Part shown: positions 1 to 41,297 of the stretch, in pieces | How positions within the stretch are numbered: position 1 is the first letter of the stretch | How the letters are laid out: every line of letters begins with the position of its first letter | From: the human T2T-CHM13v2.0 reference genome, Homo sapiens | Strand: one strand, 5' to 3' | Assembly (NCBI RefSeq): GCF_009914755.1 | Contig: NC_060936.1 | Length of the DNA: 64,000 nucleotides | Program-made: the position numbers and the translations under genes | Notes under the pieces: model-generated | Told to the model about the DNA's origin: nothing | Databases searched by the model: none | What the model saw: the letters and a program-made list of their open reading frames with translations, nothing else

Positions 1-185
1 AAGGCTCTCAAAAATCAGATAACTAAAAGGAGTCTTAGGTATAGTTGGCTTTTGTCACCTTTGATCCCTAATTTTGGTCTCCTAGTAAAGGACTTATCTG
101 AGGCATTTAAAATGTCAGAGTCAGAACCTTTATATTAGACAGTGGAATGCCAACAGTCATTCAATAACATTAAAGAAAAACTAAG
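1..185 (+). mobile_element. Degenerate class I ERV pol (RT) fragment
   Basis: Conceptual translation with a frameshift: LGIVGFCHL/IPNFGLLVKDLSEAF...*TVECQQSFNNIKEKL. Confidence 0.65.
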
Positions 186-195
186 GAAATTCTTT

Positions 196-679
196 ATGGG
201 CCCCCAAGATGTTTACCCTAAGATAGTTACGTTGAATTTCACCCTGACCATGTAAATTGATGGCTTATCTTCACAGGCATGGAACAAGAGACATAAGTCA
301 TCCCTCTTCTCACCTGAGACAAATGCATATCTGATTGCTCCCCCTGCCTGTTTATCTTATGTAAAAATGCAGGTTCATTGAACTAGATGAATGTTTAAGT
401 GACTGTTCCCCTACCCTCTTACATGTGAAGGCTAATCAAAGACTCAAAAGAATGCAACTGCTTGCCTCTTATCTACCCATACCCTTTTAAAAATGTATCT
501 TCCTCTTTCAATACCTGGCCTTTTCCCTTTAAATATTGGGATCCCAAGACCCTCTTTGGAAAAAGCATGAAACACAATGTTTCCTGTGGATCTACGTTCT
601 TTCCTGGACATGTCCTCAACCTCAGCAAATAAACCTAAAATGATCAGGACTCACCTTGGTCATTTTTCTTTAGTTTACA
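196..679 (+). mobile_element. ERV1 LTR (MER34/MER39-like)
   Basis: LTR-like body with AATAAA near the end and a terminal ...tttagtttaca; the subfamily is recalled. Confidence 0.5.
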
Positions 680-849
680 TTTCCTAAGCTACAGACCTGT
701 GCAGCACATGACTATACTGAATACTGTGGGCAACTTCAACATGATGGTATCTGTGTCTCCAAATGTCTCAACAAAGAAAAGGTACAGTAAACATATGGTT
801 TGAAAGATAAAAGTGGTATGCCTCTAAAGGGCACTAAAGGGCACTATAG

Positions 850-1785
850 CATTATAGTATTTATATGTCTTTGTCCAGGGTTCCTGGCTCATAACTTCTA
901 TGGCCCTCATTATAGTCTTGTTATAGTGCTGGGACACTTTAGGCTCAGAAAACAGACTCTCTCTGTCTCTGACTTTCTCCTGCCCTCCTTTCACCTGCCC
1001 AAGGCAGGACTCTGCACATCATAAGATCCTCATTCCAGAGAGGGTCCTGCCCATCCTTAGGAGGTGGGAATGCTGCACAGAGAGGCCAAGAATCTGGATA
1101 AGCCTTGGTGGGTTTTCCCATCTCAGACAACTAGTGTTAGATCATCCCTTCTGGTCCAGTTGTATTTGTACATGGTTGTCAATCATGTCTACCCAATGAT
1201 GTCTCCATTGAAGGCTCAAGAGGACAGGGCTCAGGGAGCTTCTGGAAAGCTGAACACGTGGAGGCTGACAAAACTCTTCCCTATGCCAGGAGGGTGGCCA
1301 CACCCCAACTCCACAGAAGCTCCTGGGTTAGGGACCCCTCCAGACTCACCCCATGTATCTCTTCATCTGGCTGTTTATTTGTATCATGTAAAATACCCTT
1401 TGTAATAAACCAGTAAACATAAGTGTTTCCCTGAGTTGTGTGAGCACTCTAGCAAATTAATCAAACACAAAGAAGAGGTCATAGGAACCCCAACTTGAAG
1501 CTGGTGGGTCAGATGTTCTACAGACCTGGACTTGCTATCTTGGGAAGGAGGGGACAGTCTTGGGAGAATGAGCCTACAACCTGTGGGATCTGATGCTATC
1601 TCCAGGTAGGCGGTGTCACAATTGAACTGGAGGACACCTAGCTGGTGTCCCCTCCAGAACTGCTTGTTTGCTTGGTGTGTGGGGAGAAATTCCCCTGTAT
1701 GTCGTCATAGAAGTCTTCCATGTTGATGGTTGCTGTGGTGTGAGAGCAGAAGAAAAACACATTGGAGGTGGTTTTTCCACACACA
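850..1785 (+). mobile_element. MER21-family LTR
   Basis: Characteristic MER21 sequence, flanked by ggcac repeats that may be the TSD. Confidence 0.6.
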
Positions 1786-2335
1786 GGCACTTACTATGAA
1801 TGGAGCTTGCAGGACTGGAAGTTGCTCTGGGTGAGTCAGGGAGTGTGTGTTGCGTGCAGGTGAAAGCCTAGGACATTACTGCACACTGTTGTGGACTTTA
1901 TAAACAGTGGACACTTAGGCTACACTAAATTTGTTAAAATATTGTTCTTTCTTCAGTAAATTAACCTTAGGTTTCTGTATCTCTTTCACTTTATAAACGT
2001 TTTAATTTTTTAAACTTTTTGACTCTTGTAATAACGCTTAATTTAAAACACAACTGTACAGCTTTTCTTTATAAGCTTTTTTCTATTTAAAAAAATTTCT
2101 TTTAAACTTTTCTGTTAAAAATTAAGACACAAACACACACATTAGCTCAGGCCTAAACAGGGTCAGGATCATCAATATCACTGTCTTCCACGTGTTGTCC
2201 CACTGGAAGGTCTTCAGGGGCAGTAACGCGTATGAAGCTGCCGCGTCTTATGGTAACAATGCTTCCTTCTGGGATATTTCCTGAAGGATCTTGGCTGAAT
2301 CTGCTTTTCAGTCAGCTTCGTTTTTGGAAAGCAGA

Positions 2336-2640
2336 GGCCGGGCATGGTGGCTCACACCTGTAATCCCCGTACTTTGGGAGGACAAGGTAGAAGGATCACA
2401 TATAGCCAGGAGTTCAAGACAAGTTTAGACAACAGAGCAAGAACCTGTCTCTACAAAAAGTAAAGATAAAAAAAATTAGTCGGGTGTGATAGTGTGCATC
2501 TGTTGTCCAGCTACTTGGGGGACTGAGGTGAGAGGATGGCATGAGCCCAGTTCAACACTTTAGTGAGCTATGATTATGCCGCTGCAGTCCAGCCTAGGCA
2601 ACAGAGCGAGACTCTGTCTCAAAAACAGAACAAAACTAGA
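2336..2640 (+). mobile_element. AluJ
   Basis: Diverged Alu dimer with an A-rich tail. Confidence 0.85.
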
Positions 2641-3629
2641 AAGAGTACACTCTAAAATAATAATAAAAGTATTGTAAACACATAAACCAGTAACAGTCAT
2701 TTATGATCATTATCAAGTATTGTGTACTGTATGTAACTCTCCAAGCTATACTCTTATACACTGGCAACTCAGGTTTGCTTATACCAGGACCACCACAAAC
2801 ATGTGAGTCATGCGTTGTGCTACCATGTTATGATAGTTACTATGCCACTAGGTCACAGAAATTGCTCAGCTCTGTTATAATCTATGGAACCACCTTCCTA
2901 TATGCAGTCTGTTGTTGGCTGAAATATCGTTATGCAGCCCGTGACTGTGCATTGGCATTTGTCCACTTGGTCTTCAGCCTAGCTTTGTACTTTGTCTTTG
3001 ACATTTTGGCTTCCACTGCAATTTACTTCAGGCTTGGACTCCTTGAGGATCTCTCCAAACCTGCCATGGTCTGTTTCTTGCCACCAGTCCCTAGCTGCAC
3101 ATTCTTAGGGCAGCTGCCCCAGCTTAGTCTGATTTATGGGGCCCCTTATCTCGTAACTTTTAGAATCTTGACCAAGTCAGGCTACCCGGCAGGAGGAAAT
3201 GTCAAAGGCAGAGGCAAAAGTGGCCCTCTCACTTTATCTGTATCTCCAGGGTCTTCCTTTGCATGGTCTCCTTTCCTTCCACCCTCAAGTCCATTCCTCT
3301 CCTGTTTCTCTCCGCCCCTCCAGGTTTCCTCCTTTAACCGCATCACCTAGAGTCATCTTCACCGTGCAAAGTGGTTTTGTTCAAACTAATGTATTAACAC
3401 TCAACTCAGTGCAGTTGCCCTTTGAATGATCACACCCAGGAGACTTTTTTCTAATTAGTGTTCACCTTGACTGTACTATATTTCAGTGTTGATCATTTTG
3501 TCCTTTGGCTCAGATAGCTGTAAACTGCCTTCTATTTCACTGATTCATCATTCTCTCATCTTCCTTTCCCATCTTCAAATGTGGATATTTCCTAAAGGTC
3601 ATTCTCTGTTCCTCATTTTTTTTCAAAAA

Positions 3630-5670
<2,041 letters not shown>

Positions 5671-6104
5671 CTTCCTTTTGGAAACTTTTCCTTTCAGTAA
5701 TCTTACTACCTCCACAGCTTTAGTTTAGATGTTTTTTGTTGTTGTTGTTGTTTCCCAGGGGTGATCAAATCCATATATCCAGCTTTTACCACCTTCCTGA
5801 GTTCTAGTCCCCCCATTTTCAAACACCACTGAAAATTTAGTTTGACTAAGTACATCAACCTATTATGTGAAGAAACACCATGTCCCACCCCCACTACGGT
5901 GTGGCTTAATGAGCTAAAGTAATATATCAAGATAGACATAATAATCCAAGAAACTGGGGTTCAGAGAAGTAAATATTATTAGGGTGCATCTTGCGCTGTT
6001 CCAGAGTGAGGCATATAGGGTTTTGGGGACAGAACAATCTAGTCTCTGATAATGTTTTCTCTTATAGCACAGGCACATTTCATGAGCCTTTCCCACTACC
6101 TAGG

Positions 6105-6320
6105 TGTTCCAGTTTGGATGTGGTTTGTTTGGCCTAAGTCTCATGTTGAAATCTGATTTCCAGTGTTGGAGGTGGCGTCTGGTGGGCAATGTTTGGACCA
6201 TGGGGGTACATCCCTCATGAAAGGCTTGCTGCCCTTATGGCAGAAGTGACTCAGTTCTCACTCTTAGTTCCCAAGAGAATTGCTTGTTGAAAACAAACTT
6301 GTACCTCCTACATGCTCTCC
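6105..6320 (+). mobile_element. MST (MaLR) LTR fragment
   Basis: gtttggatgtggtttg...tctcatgttgaaat...ggaggtgg. Confidence 0.6.
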
Positions 6321-6412
6321 TTCTAGAAGAGGATCTAAGGAAATTTATAATAAAAGCAGAGGAACGCTGAAACCAAACCCAATTCATATCAGTAATAGCT
6401 ACCATTTGTTAA

Positions 6413-6884
<472 letters not shown>

Positions 6885-7639
6885 AGGCAGTCAGACTTTA
6901 TTAGAACATGCACTTAAAATTAGCAAGAAGGAATGAGAACAACAACAACAAAATTAAAAAATGCTTGCCAAAGAAAACTAAAACAATGTGCAATATTTAG
7001 CCCTGAGATCACTAGCAGTGAAGGCAAAGAAGAATGCATAATGGGTTTCTACAGCTCTCACTGTCCGGTTATAGAAAATATTTCTACATTAGTACAAGCA
7101 CTTTTCTTCCTAAGCCCTGAGTTTTGAGAGTTTATCAAGAAGGCCTCTGAGTTCATTCAATTAATGGCATCATCTAAGGCTGTTTAATAACAAATGCAGA
7201 GGTAGTCCACATAAGGAACTTTTGCCTTTACCTTTGAGACAAAGCCCAGGGCCTCACGTTAGGAGTACAGCTCTCTAAATATAAGCCTCCAGGGCAGAAG
7301 CGAGGGGAGGATGGAGGGACACAATGCAGATTTACAGCCTGGTGGGTACGGCCTTTGTCCTCTCCATGTCTATTGTCACTCTTGAGGTCCAAGCCTCTAC
7401 TGCACTGCCTGGTTTACTGCACAACCCAACTTGGCTGCTTGCTTCTGGTCTCTCCCCACCAAACCATCCTTCACACTGCTTCCAGCTTAATATTTCCAAG
7501 ACACTGCATTTGCAAATCCACTCCTCTGTTTAAAAATGTTTCAGTGACTTGCAACTTGTCTACAGTGTGAAGTATAAATTTATTAGCTTGTTGTTTAAAG
7601 CCTTCTACAACCAGACCCCGACCGACCTTCACGTCCTAT

Positions 7640-9156
7640 TGAGAGGTGACAGCCTGCTGGCAGCCCTCGCAGCCCTGGCTCGCTCTTGGCGCCTCCTCGG
7701 CCTTGGCACCCACTCTGGCCGCGCTTGAGGAGCCCCTCAGCCCGCAGCTGCACTGTAGGAGCCCCTTTCTGGGCTGGCCAAGGCCGGAGCCAGCTCCCTC
7801 AGCTTGCAGGGAGGTGTGGAGGGAGAGGCGCAGGCGGGAACCGGGGCTGCGCTCGGCGCTTGCGGGCCAGCGCGAGTTCCCGGTGGGCGTGGGCTCGGCG
7901 GGCCCCGCAATCGGAGCAGCCGGCCCGCCAGCCCCGGGCAGTGAGGGGTTTAGTACCTGGGCCAGCAGCTGCCGTGCTCCATTTCTCGCCGGGCCTTAGC
8001 TGCCTCCCCGCGGGGCAGGGCTCGGGACCTGCAGCCCACCATGACTGAGCAGCCCGCCATGACTGAGCCGCCTGCCGGCGCCCCAGCCATGGGCTCCTAC
8101 GCGGCCGGAGCCTCCCCGACGAGCGCCGCCCCCTAATCCGCGGTGCCCAGTCCCATCAACCCCCAAAGGGCTGAGGAGTGCCGGTGCACAGCGCGGGATT
8201 GGCAGGCAGCTCCACCTGCTGCCCGCTGCCGCATCCACTTGGTGAAGCCAGCTGAGTTCCTAAGTCTAGTGGGGACTTGGAGAACCTTTATGTCTAGCTA
8301 AGGGATTGTAAATACACCAATGGGCACTCTGTATCTAGCTCAAGGTTTGCAAACACACCAATCAGCACCCTGTGTCTAGCTCAGGGTTTGTGAATGAACC
8401 AATCGGCACTGTGTATCTAGTTAATCTGGTGGGGACTTGGAGAACCTTTGTCTAGCTAAGGGATTGTGAATGCACCAATCGGCACTCTGTATCTAGCTCA
8501 AAGTTTGTAAATGCACCAATCAGCACTCTGTGTCTAGCTCACGGTTTGTAAATACACCAATCGACACTGTGTATCTCGCTAATCTAGTGGTGACCTGGAG
8601 AACTTTTGTGTCTAGCTCAGGGATTATAAACGCACCAATCAGCACCCTGTCAAAACGGCTCAATCAGCTCTCTGTAAAACAGACCAATCAGCTCTCTCTA
8701 AAATGGACCAATCAGCAGGATGTGGGTGGGGCCAGAGAAGAGAATAAACACAGGCTGCCCTAAGACAGCAGCAGTAACTCACTAGGATTTTCTTACCACA
8801 GTATGGAAGCTTTGTTCTTTTTGTTTTTTAGGTCTGCACTGCCTTTATGAGCTGTAACACTCACTGCAAATGTCTGCAGCTTCACTCCTGAAGCTAGTGA
8901 GATACACGAACCCACCGGGGTGAACTAGCAACTCCAGTACATGCCGTCTTAAAAGCTGTAACACTCAGGCGAAGGTCTGCAGCTTCACTCCTGAGCCAGC
9001 AAGACCACAAACCCACCAGAAGGAAAAAACTCCAAACCCATCGGAACATCTGAGGGAACAAACTCCAGACACACCGCCTTTAAAAACTAACACCGCGAGG
9101 GTCTGCAGCTTCAGTCTTGCGTTAGTGAGACCAAGAACCCATCAATTCTGGACACA
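7640..9156 (+). mobile_element. Full-length solo LTR12 (ERV9, LTR12C-like)
   Basis: Starts TGAGAGGTGACAGC and ends TCTGGACACA; 4-bp TSD CTAT; tandem CCAAT-containing U3 repeats at ~8300-8715. Confidence 0.93.
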
Positions 9157-9899
9157 CTATCAACTTTGTTTCTCCAAGGGTGCTTCTTAAACTGGATGAT
9201 GCACACCCTAGGAGTGTGTGTGTAGGATGGGGTTTGAAGCAGTAGGGTAAAAAACCTAGCATACATTCTATTCCAGAGGTGTCAATTTACCAGACAACAG
9301 TTATTTTAAAACTTTTTTATGCAAAAACATGTTATAGGGTGGAATGCAACATTTTTATGGGCCTGTGGGCCATTTGTATACATCTTTGGAGAAATGGCTA
9401 TTTAAGTACTCTGCCCATTAATTCTAAACTTAAAACTAAGACTTCAAAGTCCCTCTAAGGATTTTGCTGGGCCACATCCCAAGACCCTGAAGGGTATTAC
9501 TTACTCGCCCTCTCCAAACTGCCGAAGTCGGAAGCAGGTGACAAAAAAGCTGACCCTGGAATCACCTTTTGTAAATTTCCCACCTCCAAGCTTTTCGATA
9601 GTTTGTAACACTGGCTCCTCTCCCCAAAAGCCTTTCCTTCAAGTCCCAGCAACTCTCCCTGACCCTGCTGGGAAGGCGCACCAATTACCTGTCATTCCAG
9701 GAAAGCTCATAGCATAAGATGATCCCATTGGTCATCTCCCAGAACCAGACTTTCTGAAAAGTCCTCAAGGACCAGCTAGTCCAATCCCTCACTGAATAAA
9801 GGAGAAGCAAAGTCTAGGGAGGTGAGGTGATTCGTTGTCCTCCTAATTAGCAGGTGAGCTCCTGGCAGGGCTGGGGTTTCATCTTCTGGGCTCTCTGCA

Positions 9900-10760
9900 A
9901 GGTCGTGCCCGGCACGGGCCAGGAACAATTTCATAAACTCGTCATCTAGACGGCCTTTGACTGACACCATCTCTCCGTGTGGAGGAGCCGCTGGGGTGCA
10001 CGGGGCAGGTGTCGTCCGTTTCAAAGGTAAAATAACCCAGCTGCAGACCTCCAGAGGCCGACTAGAGCCGGGGTCAGAAAACAGGTTTTCCCTCTCGGGG
10101 ACAGCGCCCAGGGGACCGGCATTAGAACATCGGCTGATGTTTCATCTGGTCAGGGAACCATCCAGCGCTTAGTACACCTGGCGCTAATCGGCGGGGATTA
10201 ATCTCACACCCCGCAGCTGGCGGAAAGCAGCGGGAGGAGGCACCTAGCCCTGGGGTTGAGATCCCAGTTCCCGCGTGCGCAAACCACGCCCCTGTAGATT
10301 CTCGCTGCTGCGTGTTCGCGCGCGTCCCGGAGTGCGCATGCGCAGCGGCGGGGGTTGTTCCGGCTGCCTTTCACTGAGGGGACCCGCCAGTTTCTAACTC
10401 AGTGGCGTTTGCCCTGATTCCCGGGGCCTGGCTTTCAGCGTAGCAATTCTGCCGGCGAAGAAGGTGAGCGCAGTGCTGTGTGGCAGCAGAGCTCCTTAGG
10501 ACGAGGAGCAGCGGGACGAGGAAGGGCAGACTGGTGAAATCGCAAACTGGGCGTCTGTTCCGGCGCCGGACCCCTATTTGCAAAGGTGGGTGGCCCGTCC
10601 GGAGCGGGAAAACATTCCGGAAGTGGAGGGCCGGGCCAGCGTGATTGACAAGCGGGAACCCCTGTGTGGGGACGGGTAGGCCTAGGAAGGTTGTGCCTGC
10701 GGTGGAACTGGGCGGTGCGCAGAAGTGGGCATTAACAGCAGCCGCGTGTCTGGGTCTTAG
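9900..10760. promoter_or_regulatory. CpG-island promoter of DDX11, probably bidirectional with lncRNA DDX11-AS1/CONCR
   Basis: CpG-dense and TATA-less. Perfect NRF1 palindrome TGCGCATGCGCA at 10333-10344, E2F-like sites TTCCCGCG (~10268) and GCGGGAAA (~10604), and ETS CCGGAAGT (~10617). The antisense lncRNA is prior knowledge; its exons are not resolvable here. Confidence 0.8.
10350..10585 (+). other. DDX11: DDX11 non-coding exon 1 (5' UTR); TSS approximate
   Basis: Lies in the CpG island. Donor CAAAG|gtgggt at 10585, with an alternative strong donor GAAG|gtgagc at 10463. Confidence 0.6.
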
Positions 10761-13700
10761 ATTTGGCCCAGCTGTGTTGAGCTTTTCATGGATTATCTTA
10801 CGTAGATAAGACACTGCAACAGTGAGTGAGCGCTTGTAACCCACCTGTCTCTTACGGAAACTGAGCCCCAGCGATGCTAACTTTAGCAAGGATACAGCTG
10901 GGATCCTAAACTTGGCAATCAGAGCCCAGAGCCGATAAAGTTAGCTGCATGAGTCTAGCTTCCCCCAGGGCGGGAATCGAGGCGGAGCAGGGTACAGTAC
11001 GGAGGCCAGGAATGAGTGCACTTGACCAGATTGTTGACGGAAGTGTCATAAAAATGGACTTAAATGCTGATAAGCAGCTGTTTGGGTTCCACACAGGGTG
11101 CGAGCTCAGGATGCACGTTGGAGGGGACACAGGGCCAGAGCAAGGTGGGAATGCGGGTATTATGGGCCAGGCCATCCTCCAGCTGGTGGAGCACCGCAGT
11201 ACTGCAGTGTGTGGCCCTGGCTTAACAGCAGTGCGGAAAAGCTTTTTTCTTGGGGCTGTGGTGCTTTCCAGGTGTGTGAAGTTAAAACATTTTAGGGCCA
11301 TACGGTAGATAGTACCTGCCACATAGTTGTCTTGGTCAGCCCCGGCTGCCATGACAAAATACCATAAACTGGGTGGCTTAGACACAGAAATGTGTTTTCT
11401 CACAGTCCCAGAGGCTTGGGATGTCCAAGATCAATGTGGGGAGGACACAACTGAGCCCACAACAATAGTCTGTACTCAGTAATGAGTGATAATTGGGGAC
11501 TGAAGAAAATGAACACGTTAAGAACTAATATGTTCCTGAAGTGCTTTCACAACTCTAACCTCGTTTTATGAGCGTGAGCTTTGCTGTCCTGGTGTGTGCC
11601 TTGGCACTGGGAGGTGATGGTTGTCCTCCACACAGCCAACCTGAAGAGGGCTGAACAAGTCACTGCAAATGTTTTTAATAGGGCTTAGTGAATCCGTTAT
11701 ACTCAGATTTATCTAAACCTCTATGATTTAGCCTGTGCTGCTTCTGGAATAATGAGATCCATAATTACCACTGATGGGGAAGTGAAATAATACTTACGTT
11801 TCTTCTGTATTGTTTAGTGTTGTCATTCTAGAGTTTGGTAACCAAGTCTGTCTTTTTTATCCCACTTATCCTGGTGGGAGGAAAAGTGAGGAGATAGAAA
11901 GTTTCAGGTGGCTTGGGGGTCTGGCAGATGTGGTTCAAATCCTGAGTTCAAGCACTTGCTGAGTGACCTTGGGCAAGTCATATAAGTTTACTGAGTCTCA
12001 GTTTCTTTCTCTATAAAATAGAGCTTATAAAAATACCACACAGGGTTTTTGTGGGGTTATCTGAAAACGGTTTGAAACCATTAAAGAACTGGCCATTTAA
12101 CTAATAGGTATTCAAGTCATGGGACCTCCGTTACCCAGCCTCGGAAGAGAAACCTTCACTTACAGCCCCGATGTCTGGCTGGCTACTCATTCGTTCATCA
12201 GATTTTTGTTGAATGCCTATGAGGTGTCGAAGCACCTAGTTCTGAGTCCTGGAGCCAGAGAAGAGCAAGACAGACAAGGTTCCTCTATTTATGGAACGTA
12301 TATTCCAGTGAGGAAGAATAAATAGGTTCAGATGGTGCTAAGAGCTATGAATAAATTAAATACAGAGTAATGTGATTTTTTAAAAGTGACTTAGAGCAAG
12401 CTAGGGGGTGAGGAGTGGGGGTGGTGTTTGACCACTGTCCAGCGGCCAGACAGCCGGAGAGGCTTCTCTGAGGAGGTGAGCCAAAGCCTGGATATTGAGG
12501 AGGACTCCTTCTCCAGGCCAAGGGGAGCAGCAAGTGCAAGGCCCGAGCTGAGTAGATGAGGCTGGGAGCCTGACCAGTCTCAGGCTGACCAGTGCTCTGT
12601 CTTGAGAGGAGCTGCTGGTCAGCTTTTTGTCTTGGGATTCAGAACGAGGAGACATGAAGACTTTTTACTTGGCAGTGGGAGCTGAAGCTGAAAGGTCCAG
12701 GGGCTGATGAGGCCACGTGTAAGCGAAAGTTTGGGATAAGCAGAAACCGAGTGCGCTGAGGGAGTGAGATTGTGGCTGTATCCGGCACCTGGCTGAGCAG
12801 GAGAGTGAACCCCGTGGGTGTGTGTTTGCTGGTGACGTTCCTGGAGCTGTCTTGAAGTCCGAGCTGCCTTGCAGCTTGTAGTCTGCCTCTGTTTTTGGCT
12901 TTCCCAGATAGTTTCAATTCTTACTCTCAGTTTGTGAACCTCCCTTCAGTGAACCTCCCTTCACTTATGCTGGATATCTCTTGCAACCGGATGAGCTTCA
13001 CTAAAGCAGAGTCATTTGGACCTGGATTCGAATCCCTGGTTTTCCACTTTTTAGCTGTGACTTTGAGCAATTATTTAATTTCTGTAAGCATCAGTATCCA
13101 GTAGCTGTATCCTTATAGTGTTGTACAGATTAAATGAGATAATAAAAGCAAAAGACCACTGTAGAGTGTTTAACACATAGGAGGTACTCAAAAATTTGTT
13201 AGGTACCTTTCTTCCCCTTTCCTTCATGTGTTAAAGCTTTTTCAGTACATACCCCTCTCTCAGGATTGAATTGTAAATCATGTTTTTTGATTACCCTTCT
13301 TGTAATAATTCCTCTACCTCTGTAGTCATGTTTTTCTTTTTTCATTTTTTCTTGTCCCCAGAATGTCTAACAAAACAGCCAAATATACCTCTGTGAAGAC
13401 AGAGGGTAAAATAATGCTAGTTCTGTGAGTTCTCTCTTCTTGTGCAAATCCATAAACTGCCACCAATCTGTAGTCATTTTAATTGCCCCTAAACCGAAGA
13501 GCATCGTGGCAACTACCTTTCCCCTCGTAAATAGAGTGACACTATCACTAGTCTTATTGAGGCCAAAGTTATAAAGATGGGCTCTCGATCTACTAATATT
13601 AGTAAAATGGGTTTGGGACTTACTAACATTTGTGCTTAGAAGAGACAGACCTGGCAAAGAGCTTGGAGAAGTGAGTTCCAAAGAGAGAGGTGTGGGAACC

Positions 13701-14059
13701 AGGATGGAAGAGTCAGGCCTCCAGATAGCGTTTACTTCTCCTTTCTTCCTTGAATCACTGTCTCAGAGATAATTAGGTTCAGGAGAGGAGAAAAAAAAAG
13801 ATGACGTCAACGTGGAGCAGAGTTTTTCTTAGACCTTAGCCTAGCAAGGAAAGAGAAATGCCTGGTCTCAGTACTGGGAAGCTGTTCCAGCCAGAGCCCC
13901 GTGGCTGTGAAGAGAGCTCTCCTGTCTGGAACCAAACAGAAAGCTCATAGGTCTAGAGGCCAGAAAAGTTAGTAGGTGGTGGCTCTGTTCGGTGCTGGAA
14001 ATGGAGGCCAGGATGAACTAAGAAGCAAACTAAAGATACTTGTAAGATAAGGACGTGTA

Positions 14060-14381
<322 letters not shown>

Positions 14382-14812
14382 CTATCCAAACAACAAGCTG
14401 TGCTTATGGTCCTCTGCCTGTGCGTCATGATTTTCCAGGACTTCACAACGGGATAAAGTGAAGTAGCTTCGGCTTGTGAATGTGCATTGCAGAGACGTGG
14501 GAGAAGAAAGCTGCAAAAGTCATTATAAGCAACACCCTTGATCTTAGGGGTGCTGGTCTGTGAGAAGAGAGCTCTAAGCCTTTTGTAGAGGCATTAGAAA
14601 GGTATCGGAGCCACGGTGAAATGCAGGGGAGATTGGGTTTAGGGGCTTTCCTGGTCTGCATTCTGCTACAGCCGTTAAATGCCGCTAGATGGAGTGCGTG
14701 ATTCTGGTATGGCCTCACGTGGACCTGCTGCGAAGGATGGAGAGAACATGGTCTCTGCTTCCCAGAAAAAAGGAGAAATTTGGTAATAAGTGTGGAGACT
14801 GCTCTTAAATAA

Positions 14813-40300
<25,488 letters not shown>

Positions 40301-40330
<30 letters not shown>

Positions 40331-41290
40331 TGGGCAACCACACCACTGCCTGGCGCCGTGCCCTTCCTTTGTCCTGCCCGCTGGAGACAGTGTTTGTCGT
40401 GGGCGTGGTCTGCGGGGATCCTGTTACAAAGGTGAAACCCAGGAGGAGAGTGTGGAGTCCAGAGTGCTGCCAGGACCCAGGCACAGGCGTTAGCTCCCGT
40501 AGGAGAAAATGGGGGAATCCTGAATGAACAGTGGGTCCTGGCTGTCCTTGGGGCGTTCCAGGGCAGCTCCCCTCCTGGAATAGAATCTTTCTTTCCATCC
40601 TGCATGGCTGAGAGCCAGGCTTCCTTCCTGGTCTCCGCAGGAGGCTGTGGCAGCTGTGGCATCCACTGTGGCATCTCCGTCCTGCCCACCTTCTTAAGAG
40701 GCGAGATGGAGCAGGCCCATCTGCCTCTGCCCTTTCTAGCCAAGGTTATAGCTGCCCTGGACTGCTCACTCTCTGGTCTCAATTTAAAATGATCCATGGC
40801 CACAGGGCTCCTGCCCAGGGGCTTGTCACCTTCCCCTCCTCCTTCCTGAGTCACTCCTTCAGTAGAAGGCCCTGCTCCCTATCCTGTCCCACAGCCCTGC
40901 CTGGATTTGTATCCTTGGCTTCGTGCCAGTTCCTCCAAGTCTATGGCACCTCCCTCCCTCTCAACCACTTGAGCAAACTCCAAGACACCTTCTACCCCAA
41001 CACCAGCAATTATGCCAAGGGCCGTTAGGCTCTCAACATGACTATAGAGACCCCGTGTCATCACGGAGACCTTTGTTCCTGTGGGAAAATATCCCTCCCA
41101 CCTGCAACAGCTGCCCCTGCTGACTGCGCCTGTCTTCTCCCTCTGACCCCAGAGAAAGGGGCTGTGGTCAGCTGGGATCTTCTGCCACCATCAGGGACAA
41201 ACGGGGGCAGGAGGAAAGTCACTGATGCCCAGATGTTTGCATCCTGCACAGCTATAGGTCCTTAAATAAAAGTGTGCTGTTGGTTTCTGC
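40301..41290 (+). CDS. DDX11: DDX11 exon 27: FHREKSASS* (stop 40328-40330) plus 3' UTR; alternative-frame stop at 40527
   Basis: gcccag|TTTCAC acceptor; AATAAA at 41265-41270. The 3' end is approximate. Confidence 0.88.
41265..41270 (+). terminator. DDX11 polyadenylation signal
   Basis: AATAAA followed by a GT/T-rich downstream element. Confidence 0.8.
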
Positions 41291-41297
41291 TGAGTTT

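Larger units (their letters stand above)
680..2948. mobile_element. Tigger3/MER7 DNA transposon, interrupted by a MER21 LTR and an Alu
   Basis: Tigger3-like sequence at 680-845, 1786-2330 and 2640-2948, ending in a TIR-like ...gttatgcagcccgtgactg. Confidence 0.65.

Noticed and set aside
2703-3350. 215-aa ORF
   Set aside because: It runs through the non-coding end of Tigger3 and flanking DNA and resembles no known domain.
10371-11403. 172-aa and 165-aa antisense ORFs at the promoter/intron 1
   Set aside because: Chance ORFs in GC-rich sequence, partly overlapping an MLT1 fragment, with no recognisable homology.
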